From Candidatus Nezhaarchaeales archaeon (GTDB lineage: Archaea; Thermoproteota; Methanomethylicia; Nezhaarchaeales; JAWCJE01), in assembly GCA_038853715.1 (NCBI GenBank), contig JAWCJE010000010.1, forward strand, positions 378 through 64,377: a DNA stretch of 64,000 bases. The letters run 5' to 3'. This document shows, piece by piece, positions 57,656 through 64,000 of the stretch (its first letter is position 1; the number at the start of each line of letters is the position of its first letter). Both the position numbers and the translations under genes were made by a program. The notes beneath the pieces were generated by a model. That model did no database searches. It saw only the letters and a list, made by a program, of their open reading frames with translations, and was not told the origin of the DNA.

Positions 57656-58807
57656 TTAATAGGATGGGGGCTGGTTTAGGATGGCTTTAGCTATGATGTT
57701 TCTCTGGATTTCGCTTGTCCCTTGGTATATGGGTGTTATCCTTACGTCGCGGTAGAAGCGTTCAACGTCGTACTCGGCTATGTAGCCGTAGCCACCGAAT
57801 ATTTGGAGTGCCTCGTTGGTGACCCTTACGGCCATCTCGGTAGCGAACGCCTTAGCCATGGAGGTAAGCCCGAGTATAATCCTGCCTTGGTCAACGTGCC
57901 AGGCCGCCTTATACGTTAATAACCTAGCGGCTTCGATCTGTATAGCCATATCCGCTAGCTTATGCTGTATAACTTGGAAATCCGCTATCTTGCGGTTAAA
58001 CTGAGACCTCTCCTTAGCGTACTTCACGGCGCGGTCAAGGGCCCCTTGAGCTATTCCGACTGCTTGTATCGCGATGATTATACGCTCTAAACCTAGGAAA
58101 TCAAGTGCATAGTAGAAGCCCCTACCCTCAACACCAACTAGGTTCTCGAGGGGTACGCGTACATTGTTAAAGGAGTACTCACCTATCAATGAAGCCCTAA
58201 TACCCATCTTACCCTCTATCTTCGAAGCTTCAAAGCCTTCGGTGCCTTTATCAACTACTAGAAGCGTCTGCTTATACTTCTCCCTAGGTACCGATTGACA
58301 AAGGACCACGGCGAAGTTCGCAATAGGGGCATTGGTTATAAGCGTCTTAGTGCCATTCACTACGTAATGGTTACCCTCACGCTTAACCATGGTATCAAGC
58401 ACACTGATGTCACTCCCGTGAGCTGGCTCGGTAAAGGCCACGGAAGAAATCCACTCACCTCTAGTAACTTTAGGTAAGTACTTCTTTTTCTGCTCCTCAG
58501 TTCCAAAGAGGTAGATCAGATCGGATTGGGAGGCACCGAGGCACACCGCTGTCCCAAGTGTTGGATCCGCTCTACAAAACTCTTCTACGATGAGGCAGGT
58601 TTCAAAGAACCCGTAGCCTTGACCTCCGTACTCCTCTGGAAAGTGGCATCCTATAAAGCCTAAGCTAGCGGCTTTCTTAAAGAGTTCGTAGGGGAACTCC
58701 TCCTTCCTATCGTATTCCCTAGCAAGCTCGGGTTTAAACTCCTTCTGAGCGAACTCACGAGCAGCAGTTTGAACCTCCTTTTGCTCCTTAGTTAACTCGA
58801 AGTCCAA
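57656..58807 (-). CDS. Acyl-CoA dehydrogenase
   Basis: It shows full-length ACAD architecture, with an N-terminal helical domain, a middle beta domain and a C-terminal region ending in the catalytic base segment IYQGTSEIQ. Confidence 0.8.
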   Translation of the reverse strand: MDFELTKEQKEVQTAAREFAQKEFKPELAREYDRKEEFPYELFKKAASLGFIGCHFPEEYGGQGYGFFETCLIVEEFCRADPTLGTAVCLGASQSDLIYLFGTEEQKKKYLPKVTRGEWISSVAFTEPAHGSDISVLDTMVKREGNHYVVNGTKTLITNAPIANFAVVLCQSVPREKYKQTLLVVDKGTEGFEASKIEGKMGIRASLIGEYSFNNVRVPLENLVGVEGRGFYYALDFLGLERIIIAIQAVGIAQGALDRAVKYAKERSQFNRKIADFQVIQHKLADMAIQIEAARLLTYKAAWHVDQGRIILGLTSMAKAFATEMAVRVTNEALQIFGGYGYIAEYDVERFYRDVRITPIYQGTSEIQRNIIAKAILNQPPSY

Positions 58808-59220
58808 CGGCGCTACACCTTAGCTAGAGCGGTTAACACTAATCTATAAGTGTTTTGACGGTCCATCAGCTTTACTTATGCTTCCACTAGTTAGTAGAAA
58901 GACGCTTACATAGTATATGATTAATTCACACTCCATACATGCTATAAACGTTCACTTAAGCTTAGATTTAACGTTGAGTATGTTCATGATAGTAGCCCTC
59001 GGTATGAGTTAAGGCGAAACACCGACACGTAAACTTTAACGTAAGGAACTCTGTGGAGAAACGTTTAAATCGTTAAAGCATGGGATTAAGAGGTTCCACC
59101 GCTTTAAACACGGAAGTAGTAAGAGAACGACGTTGAACTGGATAAAAGCATTTATAACGATACTAAACACGATAAACCTAATAATAAGGAGGTTTTAACG
59201 CATCGTAGACGAGGAATATT

Positions 59221-59490
59221 ATGAAGGTTAAAGCCTCTCTTGGGAAGGTCTTGGAAGCTTGTAGAAATAAGCCTCTCATCCTAGTAGATGAGAGTTTCTG
59301 GTACCTAGAAGCACTAAGGAACCTAAACCTTAAATGAAGGCACGCGACCTTCGGGACGAGAAACCGCGTGGAACGATGGTTCGGCGTATTAAAGAGGGGA
59401 AGTTCAACGACACAATCCTAAGCGCGGAAATATCCTTAGAAACATTCATAACAGGGTACAATACACTACTTAAAATGAAAAGCCGATAAT
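59221..59490 (+). pseudogene. Degenerate C-terminal remnant of an IS6-family transposase
   Basis: The broken frames read ...EACRNKPLILVDESFWYLEALRNLNLK* and HATFGTRNRVERWFGVLKR.... These resemble the IS6 C-terminus (...PLILVDGGPWY...ALK.LG...HVTFG.RN.VERWFG.LK.R). Confidence 0.35.
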
Positions 59491-59502
59491 AATGGTAAAA
59501 GG

Positions 59503-60585
59503 GTGAATAACGCTTTGAACGAGTACTTTAACGCTAAGATCAAGGAACTCAGTGAAAGGGTGAATAACGCTTTGAACGAGTACTTTAACGCTAAGATTGA
59601 GGAGGCTCGAAGGATTAGCGTTAACCATTACGAGTACTACTCTAAGCTTAAGGATTTCGTTTTACGTGGAGGTAAGAGGTTAAGGCCTGTATCGCTAATT
59701 ATGGCTTACAAGGGCATTAAAGGTGTAATCGACGAGGGCGTGGTGAGGGCCTCGTTATGCGTTGAGCTTCTCCACAACTCAAGCCTCATCCACGACGATA
59801 TAATGGATAGGGACGAGTATAGGAGGGGGGAGCCTACCTTTCACGCCCTTTATAGGGAATGGTATAGGCGGGTTAAGGCTGAGTTAAATGAGCACTTCGG
59901 AGTATCGATGGGGATCCTTGGGGGTGATTCCCTATTCAACATGGGGTTCGAGATCTTAAGTAACGCACCCTTCCACCCAAGCTTGGTTATAAGGTCGCTT
60001 AACCATTATGTAGAGGCGTATAGGGAGCTGGTGGATGGGATGATCCTCGATATGATGCTCCCCCTCCTACCATCAGCTAGCGAGGAGGACTACATGTTAA
60101 TGGTTTCCCTTAAAACTGGGGCCCTATTTGAGAAGTCGATAGCTATAGGCGCAACTCTAGCTGGGGGGAGTGAATTGCAGGTAAGTAAACTAAGCGAGTA
60201 CGCCCAATTAGCAGCTCAAGCCTTTCAAGTGAGGGACGACGTACTTGGGCTCTTTGGAGGGGAGGAGGTGGGGAAACCTATTGGTAGTGATCTACGCGAG
60301 GGTAAAAGGACCTTGATAGTTATTAAAGCCTTAGAGGGTGCGACTCAGGACGACAGGATTAAGCTTCAAAGGCTTTTAGGTAAGCGTGACTTAACGATCC
60401 AAGAAGTTGAGGAGGCTAAACGCATCATTATCTCTACGGGCGCCTTAAACTACGCTCAGGCTAAGGCGTTAAAGCTTGTTGAAGCGGCTAAACAAAAGTT
60501 AAAGGAGGCCAAACCCCCCTTAAACAAGGAGGCTGAGGCCTTCTTTATAGAGCTAACGGACTTCTTCATTGAGCGAAGCTACTAG
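59503..60585 (+). CDS. Polyprenyl synthetase (geranylgeranyl diphosphate synthase-like)
   Basis: It has the FARM motif LIHDDIMD, the SARM motif VRDDVLG and GGKRLRP. It uses a GTG start and has a duplicated N-terminal 19-aa segment. Confidence 0.75.
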   Translation: MNNALNEYFNAKIKELSERVNNALNEYFNAKIEEARRISVNHYEYYSKLKDFVLRGGKRLRPVSLIMAYKGIKGVIDEGVVRASLCVELLHNSSLIHDDIMDRDEYRRGEPTFHALYREWYRRVKAELNEHFGVSMGILGGDSLFNMGFEILSNAPFHPSLVIRSLNHYVEAYRELVDGMILDMMLPLLPSASEEDYMLMVSLKTGALFEKSIAIGATLAGGSELQVSKLSEYAQLAAQAFQVRDDVLGLFGGEEVGKPIGSDLREGKRTLIVIKALEGATQDDRIKLQRLLGKRDLTIQEVEEAKRIIISTGALNYAQAKALKLVEAAKQKLKEAKPPLNKEAEAFFIELTDFFIERSY

Positions 60586-60849
60586 AGTAAGCAGGTCTTC
60601 ATAGGATCAACGTAAACTTCATCGGCCGCCTTAGCTAACTCAAGCTCTTCAAGCGTAAGCCCCTTCTCACTATGCAACCCTATGCTTACGAGGCGGGGAC
60701 CATACTAAAACAGCCCTCAACCTTTCCATGTTAAGCTGAAACCGCTTAAGCAGGAGTGCTTAAAGATTATTGGAAGCTTAAAGACTTAACGCTTTACTTA
60801 GTTCCCTTTGAAATAGCTGAAGGTTTATACCATAGGCCCCGCGTGAAGC

Positions 60850-61677
60850 TTATTCCTCTTCAAACTCTCCAACCTCCTTTAACGGTATTTTAAGCTTCTT
60901 AGCTAACTTATTAAGGTCTAAGGGGGTAACTCCGTCCTTTGTAACCGTGAAGGCTGCCCAAGAAAGTTCGTGAGGCGCCCCCTTCAACTTCCTAATCCTT
61001 AACTGCTTAAGCAGGTAGCCAAGTGATAGGAGGCTGGGCTCATACCTGAAGTCTATGATTACGTCCGCTACGTATTCGAGTAGCTCGTAGAACTGTTCAA
61101 GTATTCTTAACCCTAGGTGTACGGAGGCTAAGCTAAGTATGTTACGCTTCTTAACGTATTCAGCACGCCACTTCTTAATGGATTCGATCACCTTTAAGGG
61201 TTCATCCAAGGAGAAAAGCTCGGTTATAGAGTCAATAACTAGGAGGCCTCTTCCTTCGATTTTAAACTTGTCAACAACCGCTGATATGGCGTTCGTAACA
61301 TCGTGTAGGTTTTTAGGGTTTTCAACGTACGTTACGTGGGGCGGCATCTTAGAGGGGTCCGGGCTCATCCTGAAGCTGTAGCAATCTATGAAGTGAAGCG
61401 TACCTTTCTCGGCATAGCTTTTTATATCGGAGCCTGTGGACTCCCCTATATACTCTATGGAGAATGGAGCGTCGTCGAAGCATACGAAAACCACCGGTTT
61501 ATCCGTTTTTAACGCCTCCTTCACCACCTGAAGAAGCAACACCGACTTACCAGTACCGCTTTCACCTGAAAGTATTACTAAGCTATTTTTAGGCAAACCT
61601 TCAGGAGCTAGGGAGTCTAATAGCTTAACGCCTGTTCTAATAAGTTCGACCTTAGGCTTATCCATTAAATCCACCAC
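60850..61677 (-). CDS. KaiC-like RecA-superfamily ATPase
   Basis: It has Walker A (LSGESGTGKS) and Walker B (LLVIDSITE) motifs on a single KaiC/RadA-like domain. It is 275 aa. Confidence 0.6.
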   Translation of the reverse strand: MVDLMDKPKVELIRTGVKLLDSLAPEGLPKNSLVILSGESGTGKSVLLLQVVKEALKTDKPVVFVCFDDAPFSIEYIGESTGSDIKSYAEKGTLHFIDCYSFRMSPDPSKMPPHVTYVENPKNLHDVTNAISAVVDKFKIEGRGLLVIDSITELFSLDEPLKVIESIKKWRAEYVKKRNILSLASVHLGLRILEQFYELLEYVADVIIDFRYEPSLLSLGYLLKQLRIRKLKGAPHELSWAAFTVTKDGVTPLDLNKLAKKLKIPLKEVGEFEEE

Positions 61678-61784
61678 TTAACCCTAAACGGTTTAACCTC
61701 CTTCCTTCTTGCTTGATTCTGTGTTTAATTTTAACGCTTATAAGCCTAAGCCTCTAGAAACTATACCGCCAGCGGTGAAGGCGT

Positions 61785-61934
61785 GTGAAGGTTGTAACCG
61801 TTAAGCTTCCAGAGTTTTTATTAAAGAAGCTCGACGAGCTTGTTGAGGCCGGCATATTCCCCTCTAGAAGCGAGGCGATAAGAACCGCGTTAAGAAACCA
61901 GATAGAGAAGGAGCTAGCTAACCTCGAAAAGTAG
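61785..61934 (+). CDS. Small ribbon-helix-helix (CopG-family) protein, not in the supplied ORF track because it is under 60 aa
   Basis: I translated it manually from a GTG start as VKVVTVKLPEFLLKKLDELVEAGIFPSRSEAIRTALRNQIEKELANLEK. It has the classic RHH signature, and its stop abuts the PGI/PMI start. Confidence 0.4.
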   Translation: MKVVTVKLPEFLLKKLDELVEAGIFPSRSEAIRTALRNQIEKELANLEK

Positions 61935-61935
61935 G

Positions 61936-62955
61936 TTGCTTGAAAACTTGCTCCCCCTCAATGAAGAGGTGAGGAAGGGGGATGCATCTATGCATACCTT
62001 CTTCATTGAGTACTTAAAGAAGTTTCCAACGGCGCTTAAACTAGCGTTAACCGGTGAAGTAGTGTTACCGCAGAGCTACCTGAAGGTTAAATGTATAGTT
62101 ATATCCGGTATGGGTGGATCCGCGGCGGCTGGAGATATAGTTAAGGATTGGCTTTATAGGGAGGTTAACATACCGATCGAGGTCGTAAAGGGTTATAACC
62201 TACCTGCCTACGCCGATGAAAATACGCTACTTATCTGCGTAAGCTACTCGGGGGATACTTGGGAAACCCTAACCCAGTTTGAGCAAGGATGGCTTAAGGG
62301 ATGTAGGTTAGTAGCCATCTCCTCCGGTGGGGCTTTAAAGGCTAGGGCGGAAGAGCTTAAAACGCCCTACGTAGAGGTCCCTAGGGGTTTACTACCGAGA
62401 CTGGCTTTACCGCAGCTTTTAGCGGGCATTATAAAGGTTTTAAGGAGTATAGGGATTGTGGGTGAAGTCAATATTGAGGGATTGGAGGGATTGGAGCCTA
62501 TGGTTAGGGGGTACGCGGAGAAGCTAGCTATGGCTATTAAGGATAAAACCCCCATAGCCATTAGCGTTTACCCCTCGGTATGCTTCAGGTTTAAAACCCA
62601 GCTTAACGAAAACGCTAAAATCCTAGCTAAATGCGAAGTACTCCCCGAGCTCAACCATAACGAGGTGGAGTCATGGGTCAACCTGAGCCCCGGCTTCACG
62701 GTGATAGCCTTCAGAGATGAAAGGGAGGAGGCTAAGAAAGTTAAGGAGGCTATCGAGGTGCTTAAGGAGGTTGTTAGCGAAAAGGCCTCGTGGTTTGACG
62801 TATACGCCGAGGGTACTTCAAGGCTTGAACGAATACTCCACTTAGTATGGCTAGGCGACTATACATCTTACCTAGCGGCCATTCAAAGAGGTATAAACCC
62901 CGTTAAGATAGATATTATCGAGCTGTTAAAGAAGAGGGTGGCTAAAATACGTTAA
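61936..62955 (+). CDS. Bifunctional phosphoglucose/phosphomannose isomerase (SIS-domain, crenarchaeal type)
   Basis: It has the SIS motif CIVISGMGGSAAAGDIV and a second SIS-like half. It is 339 aa. Confidence 0.6.
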   Translation: MLENLLPLNEEVRKGDASMHTFFIEYLKKFPTALKLALTGEVVLPQSYLKVKCIVISGMGGSAAAGDIVKDWLYREVNIPIEVVKGYNLPAYADENTLLICVSYSGDTWETLTQFEQGWLKGCRLVAISSGGALKARAEELKTPYVEVPRGLLPRLALPQLLAGIIKVLRSIGIVGEVNIEGLEGLEPMVRGYAEKLAMAIKDKTPIAISVYPSVCFRFKTQLNENAKILAKCEVLPELNHNEVESWVNLSPGFTVIAFRDEREEAKKVKEAIEVLKEVVSEKASWFDVYAEGTSRLERILHLVWLGDYTSYLAAIQRGINPVKIDIIELLKKRVAKIR

Positions 62956-63183
62956 AACGTTAAGGATGGGCTTCCAACCATTTAGGTGAAAGCTTTAACG
63001 TAACTAAAGACCTAAACCGCTGCGGGATTCATAGTTTTTCATTCCTTCCCTTTCACCTCTATCTTTACGGGTTCATTGAGGGCTTTCGGGGCAATTGGAA
63101 TGATGAACTGTTGTGAAAGCCTAAAAGGCGTAGTGAAGCTTTAAAGATCCGCTTTAAATCTGCGGGAAATTAACGTATTTTTA

Positions 63184-63618
63184 TCACAGGTATCTTGAGA
63201 GTTTCGGTAGGCTTTTTCCAAGTACCTTCTTAGCTGTGTATATTATGGCGTTAGCGTAAAGGATCGTGAAGTCTGAAACGTCTTCAGCTGGTATCCCCCA
63301 TTCCTTAGCCTCCTTCGAGTATAGGGCTTTAAGGACGTCTGGGAATTCAGGGGAGTACTTCTGCATGAAGTAGTAGATCTCTAAATAGGATAGAGGTTTT
63401 ACGCGTAATACCCACTCCGTGGCCTCATCTAGCTTATAGTCTACTAATTCAGCGTTCATAGCTTTAGCGATGACCCCTATTTCCTCCCTAGTTATCTTGG
63501 CCAATATGGTGAGCCTCTGCTCCAACGCCGACTCCACGAACCTTTTATGCGCAAAACCACCTTCAAACTCCGTTATCCCGATAAGGTTTTTAAACACCTC
63601 CTTTGACGCCTCCCCCAT
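63184..63618 (-). CDS. Hypothetical protein
   Basis: It is 144 aa with no recognised family. Confidence 0.35.
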   Translation of the reverse strand: MGEASKEVFKNLIGITEFEGGFAHKRFVESALEQRLTILAKITREEIGVIAKAMNAELVDYKLDEATEWVLRVKPLSYLEIYYFMQKYSPEFPDVLKALYSKEAKEWGIPAEDVSDFTILYANAIIYTAKKVLGKSLPKLSRYL

Positions 63619-63708
63619 AGTATTGTTACCCCCTTTAAAGGTGATAATTTGATAGGTTTATTGCTTTGTGGCTTAATTCTTTAAGCTTTTTATGTCTTGC
63701 TTTAATCT

Positions 63709-64000
63709 ATGTATTGGTCTGTTGTTGATGAGAGGCTTATTAGGCGTGGTGAGCTCCTACTTGGCTTAGACTTTCTTGAGGGCTATGACGCTGAACTCAC
63801 GGGTTTGAATGTTGGTAAGGTTGGACGCCCCTTTAAGATTACCGTTAGGTATGTTGAGTTCCTCACTGTTGTGCGTTATCTCTTCTCAATGCCTTATAGG
63901 CAGCTTGAAGGCTTCACTAGGGCTTTAAATAGGCTTATCCCTAAGCTTCCATCAGTTGATTACTCATGGGTTAGGAGGCGTATATTAAGGCTTAACCCAT
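63709..64000 (+). mobile_element. IS6-family transposase N-terminal part, truncated by the window end
   Basis: The ATG is at 63709 and the frame stays open to the end of the window. It reads MYWSVVDERLIRRGELLLGLDFLEGYDAELTGLNVGKVGRPFKITVRYVEFLTVVRYLFSMPYRQLEGFTRALNRLIPKLPSVDYSWVRRRILRLNP. The PFK...YRQLE...D(H/Y)S(T/W)...RWV pattern matches the IS6/IS26 N-terminal HTH region. Confidence 0.5.

Overview
This is a densely coding archaeal chromosomal segment of roughly 48% GC, with about 70 genes and short intergenic spacers. The gene content mixes crenarchaeal/TACK-style repair and information-processing genes with a methanofuran/tetrahydromethanopterin (H4MPT) C1 module, so a Bathyarchaeia-like or other TACK lineage is my inference, not something shown directly.

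Crenarchaeal/TACK-style genes include NreA, AGOG, an Hjc-like nuclease, RpoK, Alba, the SIS-type PGI/PMI and NikR.

Main blocks, in order:
- 1-219: a frameshifted IS4/IS5-like transposase remnant.
- 0.2-8.4 kb: an M50 protease, a GNAT acetyltransferase, a nucleotide-sugar operon (NDP-sugar 6-dehydrogenase, sugar-1-P nucleotidyltransferase, UXS-like decarboxylase), a MenA-like UbiA prenyltransferase and a PflA-like radical SAM enzyme.
- 9.8-11.8 kb: a Hef/FANCM-like helicase.
- 14.2 kb: RpoK.
- 15.3-19.5 kb: a CitG-like triphosphoribosyl transferase translationally coupled to a pol-beta-type nucleotidyltransferase, a divergently oriented Hjc-like nuclease fused to a winged helix, and a second nucleotidyltransferase paralog.
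- 19.9-21.1 kb: a His-rich membrane protein divergent from nikR.
- 21.6-23.1 kb: a 507-aa radical SAM protein with a rubredoxin-like N-terminus, possibly a tetraether lipid synthase.
- 23-29 kb: ProX/YbaK, a GT2 glycosyltransferase, a small ribbon-helix-helix protein, AGOG, an ACT+V4R protein, NreA and a HAD hydrolase.
- 29.7-33.6 kb: EtfB, EtfA and a membrane HdrD/E-like CCG-domain Fe-S oxidoreductase.
- 33.7-36.1 kb: a third radical SAM protein (COG0602-like), an HTH-CBS regulator and a Trm5-family methyltransferase.
- 36-39 kb: small hypothetical genes, a 13-bp inverted repeat, a 23-bp tandem repeat array and a RimK-family ligase.
- 39.1-40.4 kb: an ArsB/NhaD-type permease frameshifted in an A-run.
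- 40.6-42.6 kb: Mch and CofE.
- 43.3 kb: Alba with a Lys/Pro-rich N-terminal tail.
- 43.7-44.75 kb: about 1 kb without ORFs, containing a start-less open frame and degenerate repeats.
- 44.8-46.8 kb: a DegT aminotransferase and a CofE-like paralog.
- 46.8-56.8 kb: Ftr, then a MobA-like/FdhD/MobB cofactor-maturation operon, a DHH phosphoesterase, Mtd, a FwdD-FwdB fusion (Cys type), FwdA and FwdC.
- 57.7-60.6 kb: an acyl-CoA dehydrogenase, a degenerate IS6 remnant and a GGPP-synthase-type polyprenyl synthetase with a 57-bp in-frame 5-prime duplication.
- 60.9-63.6 kb: a KaiC-like ATPase, a ribbon-helix-helix protein, PGI/PMI and a hypothetical protein.
- 63709 to the window end: the N-terminus of an IS6-family transposase.

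I found no CRISPR array, rRNA or convincing tRNA.
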